A DNA stretch of 64,000 nucleotides from NCBI RefSeq assembly GCF_009914755.1, contig NC_060936.1; one strand, given 5' to 3'. Shown in pieces: positions 14,467-29,154 of this stretch. Each line of letters opens with the position of its first letter. The stretch's first letter is position 1. A model generated the notes under the pieces. The model saw only the letters and a list, made by a program, of their open reading frames with translations. It did no database searches and was not told the origin of the DNA. The DNA is from the human T2T-CHM13v2.0 reference genome, Homo sapiens. Made by a program: the position numbers and the translations under genes.

Positions 14467-15959
14467 GGAGAAAAGGGAGAGAGATTTGGGCAAAAATGAG
14501 TCAAGCTTTTTTAACCACTCCATGTCAGCTTAAAATATTTATAAAATAGAGGAATTTGTCTCTGAGGTCCAAAGGTTTGGGAATTAATATCTGGTTGTAA
14601 AACATTTCTGAGGCAGAATTTTGGAAACAGATGGCTTACATCCAGAAAATTAGGAGTGAATTCAGAAGTACTGAACAGTCTTGAAACAACTCACATCCAG
14701 TGATTCCCCACCAATGTCCCAAGTTCTTGACTGGCTAGAAAGGATTTTTCTGAATCCAGTAGTTTCCAGTTGATACTAGTAGGTTGGTAATGACTAACTA
14801 GAGTGTTTTATTGAGGACTATGATGCTGTATCTGGGCTCAGCGGGAATATCGGTGTCAACTAGTGATGTCTGTCATGAGGAAGGAACAACAAGATGGGAA
14901 CATAGCTTTTCTTGCCCTATTCTGTATTATTGCCATCTATTTGAAGTGGGTTACTTTCTGGAACAATCAAGGGCAGTGGGAGATGAACTTAACATTTCCT
15001 TTTCCTGTCCCTTATCAAGTAAGCTGGGTACTGAACAAAGTGGGTTTAACAGACACAGTTCCTATTTTTTAGGAGCTTAAATTTAAGATATTAAAGTATC
15101 CAATCAACAAATATTAAAATACACACATATATATTCACAAGTAAATACTTAGATACTGCTTATGAAGAAGACTAAATTGTGCTGGTAATTTGACAACTGG
15201 AATGTAGTGAGTGGGTGCTGCTGAATGTTCTACAGTGCACACAATGTTCAACAAATCACCTCCCTGCAACAAAGAATGTCAGTAGGGCAGAGGTTTAGAA
15301 CTCCTGCTCTAATTGCTTCATCCTGGTAACATCTCTTTGAAGAGTCAGTGCAATGTGATATGGTGAAGAGAGACTCCAAGTCAACCGACCTAGGTCTACG
15401 ATTCACCCTGCTGTATGACCTTGGGTTTCCCCAATTGAGCCTCAGTTTCCCCATTTATAATGAATAAAGGTATTGGATTACAAGAGACATTTCACCACTA
15501 ATGTTCTGTTATTGTAGTTAACAATAATTAACCATTAATGTTGTGTTATTGTAGTTATTGTACATTCTGGGGTTGCTGGACAGCCTTCTTTGAAAACCAT
15601 ATCTTCACCACCATCTGACCCATCCTTGAAAAGTCCTACTTGATTCTTCCGTGGTCACAGCTGACTAGAAGGGTAGGATACCAAACCTAAGCTGGGCCAT
15701 TAGATTCTTTCTCCTGGGAATGAGAAATTAGAACTGGCTGGGTACTTTAGCAAAGATGGGACAATTACATACAATAAAAAGTCAGAGGAAACTTGTCTAT
15801 AGGGACAAATGGAGCAGATATACAGAAACAAGCAGCACTGACAGACCAGGAACCCCAGAGAAACAGTAGGGATGATCTCGGCTCCTGATGCAGTCTGAAG
15901 TTCCTGATCCCAGTTCCTCAGTAGAGCCAACTGCTCTCTACCCATTCGTTCACCGAGTA

Positions 15960-16389
<430 letters not shown>

Positions 16390-17621
16390 TGAAAATAAAC
16401 AAATAAATATACAATATAAGGTCAGAGTGTGAGAATGGCTAAGCAGAACCATAAATCTGAGCAAGAGAATAGAGAGTGATAGATGGCCAGGGAAGGCTTC
16501 TCTGAGCATGTGACATTTGAGCAAAGACCTGAATGAAGTGAGCCAAACCACCCAAACATGACAGAAAGCATCTACTGCAAAGCTTCTTCTGTGGAATTGT
16601 GCTTGGCATGTGCAATTCAGCTAGTTCTTACTCCCCTCCTAATTCTAAGTCCTGCCATCCTTCTGTGAGATTTCACTGCATGGCTGGTCCCTCCATTACA
16701 CTGTGTTCCCAATTCTCAGATCTCTCCTGGTTGAGGATCTTTACCTCCACTCCACTTTTACAAATCACCACCCTAAGTCTTGCTGGACCTTCTCTGAAAT
16801 CCTAAACTCTAATACAGCACTTGGGCCTCAATCTCCTAGACATCAGCTCCCTCATTCCTTTCTCTCACTATCCCTTTTTCTTCCTGAAGATCTCTAGTTC
16901 CTTAAGTCTTCCCTTTTCTCTCAGTCTATCAGGCTGATCTATTATTGATTCTCATCTCTCCCACTCAGATTCTTTCAAACACAGTAGTGTAGTGTAGTGT
17001 AGTGCTGCAGGTGTGGCCTTTGAAGCCAGACTGCCTGGGTTAAAATTCCAGCCTACCATCAACTATGTGTGCCTCAATTTTCTGAGGACATAATCATAGT
17101 AATCTCTTCCATTGCTGTTATAAGAATTAAACAATTTGATGCACACACCACGTTTAGAAAGTGACAGGCCACAGAGCAAGCATTTGATAAATATTACCAT
17201 AATAATTATGATGTTACTATCATAATTTTTCATCTGCTCTCCCAGAAGCATTTTGAACCTCCCTGACTAGTTCTTCTGTTGAACCTTCTCTGGAAACCTC
17301 AATCTCTGGCTCAATCTAATCCTTCATTTTCTCTGCTCTTTTTACTTGGCAGCTGAGGTCTCCTGAAAATAAAAAACAACAACAACTTACTCCACTGTGT
17401 AGGCTGATGCTGCTCTAAACTTGAAGCTTCCAGACACTGCTTGAATATCCTTTTACAGCTTCTGGTTGGTTTCCTCATGCATTCCTCTGATTTGCTATTC
17501 TAAATCTTCATTCTTTTCAACCCTCGAAGCTGCTGATCTTTTCACCCTTGCTTGACAGTTCTTACATGAACCATCTAAAAGCCAGCTAAAAATGTATTTA
17601 TATTCTCACATCCTTTTCTTT

Positions 17622-18050
17622 TCTTTTTTAAAATTATTTTAATTTTTGTGGGTACACAGTAGGCATGTATATTTATGGGTTACATGGGATACTTTGATAC
17701 AAGTATGCAATGCACAATAACCACATCAGGGCAAATGGGGTGTCCATCCTCTCCAGTACCCACACTTTGGGTTTCAAACAATCCAATTATACTCTTCTGG
17801 CTATTTTTAAATGTATGATTAAATTATTTTTTACTTCAGTCACCCTGTTGTGCTAGCAAACACCAGGTCTTATTCATTCTTTCCAAATTTTTTTTGGACC
17901 CATTAACCATCCCCACTCCCCACTATCATCACTACTCTTCCAAGCCTCTGGTAACCATCTTTCTACTCTCTGTCTCCAGGAGTTCAATTGTTTTAATTTT
18001 TAGCTCCCACAGTTAAGTGAGAACATGTGATGTTTGTCTTTCTGTGTCTC
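17622..18050 (-). mobile_element. L1MA/L1PB-like 3' end fragment
   Basis: tttttgtgggtacacagtagg...tagctcccacagttaagtgagaacatgtgatgtttgtctttctgtg, a typical antisense L1 3'UTR. Confidence 0.75.
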
Positions 18051-19999
18051 ACAACCTTTTCTACAAATTCATAAGAGGTCTTCTACCTTCTGTCCTGGAC
18101 TTCTCTTTCTCATTCCTTTGTGGATCTGATTCCATTATTATCTCTTCTCTCCCTCATTCATGTCAGGCCCCAAACATGCTCAATCTCTCCAATCTTAACA
18201 AAACAAAGCCGCAAAACAAAATAACACCCCTCTGAACTTTGAGTCTCTCACTATCTGTTGTCTCTTCTTCTTTCTCTACAGCTAAATTTCTTGACCTCAC
18301 CAAATGTCCCCTGGGGCAAAATTGACCCCAGTTGAGAACTACTGAATAAAGGATATAATACAATATAAAATAGAGCAACAAGCACATAAGTAAATGCAGA
18401 AGTTCTCAAAAGAGGAGCCCACAATGGTGTCCAGTCTCTTTCATCCATTCAGTGCATTTTTCCGGCCAAACTCTCTTCCAAAATCCAGTTCCTAAAGCAG
18501 ACAGCAAGCAGAGCATCTCTGTATTTGTCACTCTCCACTCATTCCTCAGCTCACTGCAATCTGACTTCCGCCCCTACTTTTCAGATCAATTCATACTATG
18601 GCAATGTCTTTCTTCTTAATGGCCAAATCCAAGGGACATTTCCTACCTTATGTTACTTGAATTCTCCATAGTATATTTAAGCTATCAATAGTGACTTTTG
18701 TCTTGAAATTCTTTCTTTGGCTTCCAAAATGCCACCTTCTTTTGGTTCTCCTTCCGTTTCTCAAGGTACACCTTCATCGCCTTTGCTCACACTTTTTTCC
18801 CTTTAAGTCTCAGTATTCCTCAGGCAGAGTCCCCTCCTTGGTCCCTTTCTTACTGCCACTCTTTCCTTAGGGGTCTCCTTTTTTCCTGTGACTTTAACCA
18901 TCACTGCCATGTTGGTTATTCCTCGGTCTTGCTATCCAGCCCAGACCCTGAATCCTAGGCTCCAGGGTAATGCCTGCACTACTCTCTCCTGGGCCCTTCT
19001 TTCTGCATTCCAGTGGCAACACAAATTTGGCAAGTCTATTCTTACCATTCAGCAGCTCTTTCTCTCCTATTTAGCTTTGAGCTCTTTGAGGATATGGATC
19101 CTTTCTATTTTCTCTTTCAATGATCTGAAAATAGTACAGTGCTTAGCACCTAGTAACAGGTGCTCAATAACTGTCATTTGAATTAAGGAAGAGACATGCT
19201 TATCTTTTTTCTCTAGTATTAGCAGTGGATTTGCCAACTCATCTCTAAAATAGAATTATTTTTCCTATCTCCAAATTTCCCCTCTTCCAGTCTTCTCAGC
19301 TAAAGACATCACTGTCTACCTGACTGCTCACCCTCACACCTCAGGAGCCATTCATGCTCTTCCTTCTCCCTCATCTTCCATATCCAACCCATAAACAAGT
19401 GCTATTAGCTCTGCTTCGAGCCATGTCCTAAATTCCACTATCTGTCTCCAATTCCAGCACTACCACTGTGTCAAGCCACTATCATGCCTTACGTGTCCAA
19501 CTGCCACAATCTCCTAACTGGTTTTTCTGCTTCTGCTATTTTCCCCTCCCATGTCAGAAGGCTCTTTCTAAAACATTCCTCAGATTAGCTCCTCTGCATA
19601 AAATGCTCCATGGCTTCATTACACTTGGAATGTGATCTAAATTCCTTACCAGACACTGCATTAGTCGGTCTCTCTAACCCCTCTAACTCCATCACCAAAT
19701 CCAAACCAAATCCAAACCCAACTCCCTTATATTGTTCCAGGAACAGCCCTTTTTGTTGTTTCTCCAGCAAGCTAATTGTTCTGGCTTAGGGTCTTTACAT
19801 TGCCTACTCCCTTTCCCTAGCACGCCTCTTCCGAGAGCCTTACAAGGCTTACCCGTCTCAGCTTTCATATCCCTGCCCAAATGTCACTCCTTAGAGCATC
19901 AGCCTACAAAACTAGCTCCCCTAAAGTCATTCTCTAACCCTCTATGCTGCTGTATTTTCCTCAGAGCACTTATTCTCTAAATTTATATTTGTTAATTTT

Positions 20000-20300
20000 A
20001 ATGAATTAATTTTTTTGAGACAGGGTCTCACTCTGTCACCCAGGCTGGGGTTCAGTGGTACAATCACTGCTCACTGCAGCCTTGACTTCCAGGGCTCAAG
20101 TGATCCTTTCAGCTTAGCCTCTTGAGTAGCTGGGACTACAGGCATGCACCACCATGCCAGGCTAATTTAAAAAAAATTTTTTTTTTAAGAGATGAGGTCT
20201 CCCTGTTTCCCAGGCTGGTTTTGAACTTCTGGGCTCAAGTGATCCTCCCGCCTTGGCCTCCAAAGTGCTGGGGTTATAGGTGTAAGCCACCACACTGGGC
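20000..20300 (-). mobile_element. Alu (AluJ-like)
   Basis: Reverse Alu with TSD atatttgttaatttt at about 19985 and 20302. Confidence 0.9.
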
Positions 20301-20629
20301 AATATTTGTTAATTTTTAAATTAACTTTCTATATGCTGCTACAATACAAGCTTCATACAATATAAGCTTTTTAAAAAATATAAGCTTTTTTTACTTTCTT
20401 GTCTACTATTACATCTACATTGTGTAGGGGCATAACTGGCCCATGGTAAATAGTAAATATTTGTTGGAATAATGTGATCCCTGAGTCCACAAGCATATCT
20501 TTACTAATTGGTAAGGGTTATTGGGTCTGTGAGGTAGTCTTTCATTGTGTGAAGACAATTTTCTTAAATGGGAACTAGCACCAATCTCTAAAATCCACAC
20601 ACCTGTTAGCTACTGATCAGGACTCTGCC

Positions 20630-21349
<720 letters not shown>

Positions 21350-21671
21350 TAAATACACTTAGGGAATTTTCATTGCTCTCAAAAGAAGTTTCATGTGTTC
21401 TTTGCAGTGTGAAGGGTCAAAGAGAGGCTTTACTTGTCTCTGTGACTGAAGAATATGGTTTCTCTAGTATACAGAAGAAAGAAAGAATGAAGGCCACATG
21501 ATTTATTTTTATCGCCTCTATAGTTGTGGCTATTATACAATTTGTCACATTTATTTTCAGTTGTTCTTGTGGTGACATTTTAAGGAATAATCCAAAACAA
21601 TGTTCAATTCAAAACGACACCCCAAACCTCCTAAACAAAAGCAGGTTCAGCATATAAAATAGTTTCCTCTT

Positions 21672-22201
<530 letters not shown>

Positions 22202-22787
22202 TTAGAACCACATGTGAGAGGTTGTAGATGGAGTAAATAATTACCAAGCTGAGCTTGCCAAATCTACCTTGCTTGATCCTTGCAAAATAGCATCATAATT
22301 TGGTCTTGCTTATTCAATGCTGTGGGCATCATATAGGTCAAATTCAACGTCGTGTGTTGTTGCAGTTCATGGTTATAATTGTGAGCAGGGGAATCCTGAA
22401 GTATCCCAGAGAAGTAATTAATAATTCATAACCATGGTATTGTTAGAATCTGATCCAAACCAATATTTAGTAATGATGAATGTATATTCCCCCATGGCAG
22501 AAACTATTGAAGTTGAACTTCAGGATATGTTTATTTTATGGATTTTTCTCCTTTTTAATTAATATAGCTTCTAGTCCCTTGATGGACAAAATCTGCTAGT
22601 TAAAGGCATCCATGCTCATTACTCTTTTCAAACCTGATCAAGAACATAAAATTTTATTGTCAGAAGACAGTTCATCATATCTTGCATTTCCTGCATTGAG
22701 CAATGTTTCATAATTTACTAGCCATTCAAAGATAGCAGGTACCAGAAACGCAGAGCAGAAAATGATGCTGTGAAAGAAAGTGTCTCA

Positions 22788-23003
<216 letters not shown>

Positions 23004-23899
23004 TTAGGTTGGAGCAAGCACCAGGAATACCAGCATTTCCAAAATAGATCATGTCTCTGCATAAAAACTGAATGGCAATGGTGGGAGGTTAAATTATGGC
23101 CTCTGGTTTAGCAAGAGTTGAAAAAGATAAATGAATCTCTCAATATTCATCACAATTCTATAATAACATCAGTGTATCCCTGCACCCTGGCTCCCTACTC
23201 CTCAAACCAGGGATCATTGTGGGGGCTTTAAGAGGATGGCCTTAGGGTCAGGTTACATGGGTTTTAGTCCTGGCTCTATCACTGAGCACCAGCTGGGGAA
23301 CCTTGGGGTAGGCCATTTTGTCTCTTTGTGTGTCTATATCCTATCTAAGAAAAAGGGAGTTGAGCTAGCTGGTTTCATGTTTTTTCCACTTTAGCCATTT
23401 GCATCTGGGCTTTGTGACTTTTAAACAATCCTATCTTCAGCTTTGAAGAAATAATTAAACTAAATCTGGCCCCTGGCGTGGTGAGGCTGTGCTGGTCCTC
23501 AACCTTAATCTAGTGTTGGGTTGGCATGATGACATTGTTTAAACTCTGTACATTCCTCCTGCCGCCCCCCACCACCACCCCAGAGTTTGGTCTCTTCAGT
23601 CCTTGCTCTTTCCCACTGGGTTTCTAGTCTAAGTTGTTGTATTTCATTTATTTCCTATTATTTCTCCTCTTTCATTTATCTCTCTGATATTCATCTACAC
23701 CTTCCAGCAGACATCTCCATCTTATTTCCATTCTGAACTCATGAAAGGGCTGCTCCACTCCTCCATGTCTTTCTCTCAGCCCTGCCCATTGGAGTGTGGC
23801 CACCCGTGCTCTCTGTGAGCACAGCCTCTGCCTGCAGGTCCTATGCTGCACTGAGTCTTCCTCCAGAAAGAGTCTGGCCCCCTTTAACTAAAACCTGAT

Positions 23900-26750
23900 A
23901 ACACCATATACCTCATAACCCTCTTCAAAAGCCATTTTCTTTTACTCCCTCTACAGGTGGCAGGAAGACAGGTTCATAATACTCCTTGCTCTCCACATAC
24001 GGTACATTGATTCAACTACTCCTATTTAAAATTCCATATTCTGTACTTATTTCTGCTCTGTCTCATTTTCAAGCCCATAATCTACTTTTTCAAAATTCTC
24101 CCCCTTTTCTTCATGACTTCAGGACTTGCCTCTTAGTCTGCCTCCTCTAACCTATAGCTTTTCCTTGTCCTCTGCCTCTTTGCCATTATGATGATAACCT
24201 TCTAGCAAGCTGGCTTTATGCTTCTTCAACTCTCTTCATGTCAGTTCCTAGCAATACCACCCTACTTCCACTCTCTGCCAGCAGAGCCCTATGGTGGTCT
24301 CCATCTTCCTTCAAAATGAATAGATCTTCAAGATCTCAATATCTGAATCCCCCTTGTTGATCACATACCCTTTATTAGCCATCTCTCCCACTTCCTGCAA
24401 TCTGTCTCCTCTTTATGACTTTCAGTCCCATTCCCTCTCACTTGTCTCCTGAGTCTATTGATTTTAGCAACAGATTTTTCCCCCTTAAAATGAAAACATA
24501 TAAGGGATGCCTTTGTATTCCAGATAAAAACAGCTACTGTAGTTGATGTGGGAATGGGAGACCCCTGAGGTTTTCCCTGGCCTCATGTGGGGATCTGGTA
24601 AGTGCAGGTGGAAAGCCATTGTCTTCGCCCACTGGCTTTGCTGGCATCATTTTCCCCACACTCTGCCTGGACCCCTGGTGAGCATTTTAATAATGCATCT
24701 CCTAGGCTCAAAGATTCCTAAACCTCATGGGATTTTCCTATACCCTAATACTTTATCCTCTATGGTAATGCCCGGTCAACTCCACTGTTGTTACTAAGTT
24801 GCTGAAGGGTGCTAGGAAAAGTCACTATGAATTCACAATCCTATTAGGTCCTTAAATTATTTGTTGTGTGATATTTTGACACCTTATTTCATTCCACAAA
24901 GGATTTGTCTCAAATGTTTCTACCCTAAATCATGGTCAAATGTTACTCCTCATTTCCTATAAGACTGAAAAGATGCAACCCTTTGACGAGAGTTCCTTAA
25001 ACAACATTCTGTTTAGCCTCAATTTCTCTTTATCATTATTTGTTCCCTCTTCCTTTTTTCCCCCACTACAGGAGGTTGTATCCTTCCTTCCATTTCAAGG
25101 CTAATTCCCCCTTTTAGTGTTTTTAATACTATCCCTTTCCACCCCCCATGATTTTGTGCCATGAAAAAATTTGCCTCTTGCTGCTTTTCCAAACTTTTCT
25201 GCTCACTCCCCCAGCTTTCTGACTTCTGTCTATAGACGTGTACTGATTCTGAAGTGGCTAAAAACTTGGCTTCTGCCTTCACCATTTACTGAAACTGCTC
25301 TCACCAATGACTTCCTGACTTCTAAAATCAGTGGCCTCATCTGCTCTAGCTGGCGACTGGCTTTAGGACCATCCCTTGCTTTCTAAAATTGTTTGCTTGG
25401 TTTTGATGAAGGTTTGTTTCGAGTGTCTTACTTTTTCAGCCCCAGCCAGTTGCTTTGCCTCCCTCTGCATTTCAGCGCACAGTTCCATCCTCCAAGTCTT
25501 TTCTACTCTCATTCTTTCCCTCATTCATGCCTACATGTCTTCTGCATGTATCTTCTCAACTCTTTCTCTTGTTTTTGTCAAGCTCCAGTAATGGATCTCC
25601 CTCCTTGATGGGTATGCCATCCACACACTCTCTCATTGGCTCCTCAAACTCAATGTTTTCAAAATTGAGCGAATCCTCTTCCCTCTCTCATTGCCACTAC
25701 TATTTCTGTGAACAGGACCATCATTTTTATTGCCCTCTGGGCTTAAAATCTCAAAGTAGCCTTAACTCACAACTCCCCATTGTCTCAAATTCTATCCATT
25801 GCTAAATCCTTTCTGGATGACTAGTGAAATATATCTTACAAAAATCCTCTTTTCCCTTATTAATTTCAGTACCTCAATTTGGGCTTTCATTATTTTTTAT
25901 TTGAATTATTCTAATGTACTTATTTCTGGGTCCTTACATGCAAAATATTCCCCACATATTATTTCCAGATGAACCTCCTGTCAAACTTTCCGGATATGAT
26001 GAGGCCCCAACTTATTTACTCTGCATGTATCTTCTCAACTCTTTCTCTTTAGTTTCTGTCAAACTCCAGTGATGGATTTCCCTACTCAATGGATATCCCA
26101 TCCACAAACTGTCTCATTGGCTCCTCAAACTCAATGTTTTCAAAACTGAGTGAATTTTCTTCCCTTTCTTATTGCCACTACTACAGAGCAAGGCCTCATC
26201 ATCACCAGTGTACAATACTGGATAGACTTCTAACTAGTGACCCTGCCTCTTGTTTTATGCTAACAGCCTCCAATTGCTGCTAGGGTAGCCTTTCTAACAT
26301 GCAAGGGTAACCCCTGCCCTGTTTTGAATTTTCAATAGCTTCCTGTTTCCTATAGAACAAACTTTTCAATTCTAGCAGAGCACATAGGACCCTTCATCAG
26401 TTCCTTTCTCCTGCCCATCCACTCTCCTGTTTCTCTGTGATCCCTTCATGTGCCATGTGCCCCAACCCTCTTGACACACTTTTGTGTCTTCATATATACT
26501 GTGCCCTCTGCCACTCAGCTCTTGCTCTGGGTCCTTTTCTCTGTTTTATCCAGGCAGAATTAGGTACTTGCTTTTCTGCATTTCCACATTTCTAATACAT
26601 GGTCCCGTTTCAGCATTTATCAGGTCTCTATATGCCTGTTTCTCTCCACCTGACCCTGAGTTTTTGAAAGGTTGGAACCAGCTCTTTCAATCTCTGAAAT
26701 CTTAGTGCCTGGAAGATTCAACAAATGCTGAATAAATGAGGAATGAATCA
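23900..26750 (+). mobile_element. Degraded L2 LINE
   Basis: CT-rich L2-like motifs (actgaaactgctctcaccaatgacttcctg, ctcaaactcaatgttttcaaa) and a 3' end agtgcctggaagattcaacaaatgctgaataaatga. Boundaries are approximate. Confidence 0.55.
25541..26183. repeat. Dispersed ~162-bp direct repeat (25541-25702 and 26020-26183)
   Basis: Manual alignment gives about 17 substitutions and one 2-nt gap. Confidence 0.9.
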
Positions 26751-27448
26751 AATTTTGGGATGTCATCTACATATTCCTTTTAGGAAACAACACTTCTCAT
26801 AGATGCTGCTGAGTTACCATAAGGAACTACAAGTCATTCTTCAGGGCCCAGGTAATTGCAGCTGATGGGGCAAGGGAGGGTGAAGTAGATCATTTGTCTA
26901 GGAGGAGTAAGAAAAAAAATCGACTTTTCCTTAAGAAGCACCATTCTCATTCCATCTCAGCTGGATTAAGGTTAACATAGCCTGCAGTGGGGGGTGAAGA
27001 TAGCCTCCAACCCTACGCTTCTTACAGGTGGAAGCTTGCAATTGCCAGGTCTGACACATAGACTGTCATGTATTAATTTAGATCACATGTTCTAGTGTGG
27101 TTTCGCTGATGTAGAGTGTACCGTGATTACTCTCCAGATAATAATTTTTGCTATCAGTGGCACCAAACCACTGGGAGACACCATTTCCTGTCAATAAGGA
27201 TCTGGAGAGTATGTTGCATTCCAGTTATTACTCACAGAAGATGAGAGTATCATGTTACAGCATCACCTATTTGGCAGGTAACTTCCACTTATCTTCTAGG
27301 TGAAGCTTTTTGGACTTAATCAGTAATCCTTTACTTTCTTTGACTCTTTTATAGGTTCATATTAATTTTTTTTTCCATTTGAGATCACAATTTGATACAG
27401 ATTATCGGACTACTTAATTGGAGTTAAAAGCTGTTTCAGAAACTTTAA

Positions 27449-27871
<423 letters not shown>

Positions 27872-28849
27872 TCAAAGGAAAGACTTGCTATGTTTTTTTA
27901 AACAGAGAAGATAGTTGAATAATTTTATTCTCTAGAAGGTTTTGAAAATAAGTACTAATTTAATGTGAATATTATTAAATTTATAAGCTCTATTTGGAGG
28001 CAAGTTGAGATGATAAAAATTATTAGAAAATTGAATTTAGGATTTAAAATAAATTTATGTATTATGTATTGGTTTTATAATTAGTTATAATTTATATTAT
28101 ACATATAGCATTGTAGTAAATAATTTATGATTTTATAATTAACTCTGAAAGTCTTCTGACATATTGGAATCTTTTATTTGACAAAGAGCAAAATTTCATT
28201 TGAAATTATATGTATTGATTAGTTACACATATAAAAGTTTTGAAAACTATTACCAGATATGAAAAAGATATATTGTGATTTAAAGATAAGGAATCAAAAG
28301 AAAAAAACAATCAATATTAACTTGGAGGAGAAAAAAATGAGCTTGATTATCCTGCTTCATTAATGTGGTCAACCAGCAAAGTAAATGAAGGTGAATATTC
28401 CCCCGTCATTTGAAAATGTGGATGGTGAATTGTCTCTCTAGTAGCAGATGCTTCCGCAAGGTATTCAGTCGTCATTGCTGCAAGCTACCGGCTTTGGCTG
28501 AGGCTTGCCTACTCCTCAAGGTGAAGATGGAAATGACTAAATTGCTGACATCCTAACTGGTGTATGCCGAGGTTGTGTTCAGGATTCGTTCCTGCTCTGT
28601 CCTGTTCCCATTCTCACATGGAGGGTTCTGTTCACAACTCTTCAGATTTGTAGGGAATGACTACATTTTTGTCAATTCTTGTTCTTCCTAGTGTAAGAAA
28701 GGGCAGGGGGAGCCAAAAACACCTCCAAAAGTTTAAAAATTTACCAAATGCTTATTTAATTTAGAAGGCTGAAAGATTTCCTATCAGCTATGAGAAGCAT
28801 TTAAAAAATATAGAGAACTAAGGACCCCAAAGATTTATTATTATAATCT

Positions 28850-28850
<1 letters not shown>

Positions 28851-28902
<52 letters not shown>

Positions 28903-29154
28903 CAGATAGGCTCTCACTCTGTTGCCCAGGCTGGAGCATAGTGGCAGAATCTTGGCTCACTGCAACCTCCATCTTCTGGGCTCAAGCGATCCTTCCACCT
29001 CAGCCCCCCAGGTAGCTGGGACTATAGGTGTGTGCCACCACACCTGGTTGATTTTTTCTTTTCTCTTTTTTGTAGAGACAGGGTTTCACCATGTTGCCCA
29101 AACTGGTCTCAAACTCCTGGGCTCAAGTGATCCACCCGCCTCAGCCTCCCAAGG
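28851..29154 (-). mobile_element. AluJ-like element with a pure T52 tail, 5' end clipped
   Basis: T run at 28851-28902, then a diverged Alu body ending at cccaagg. Confidence 0.88.
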
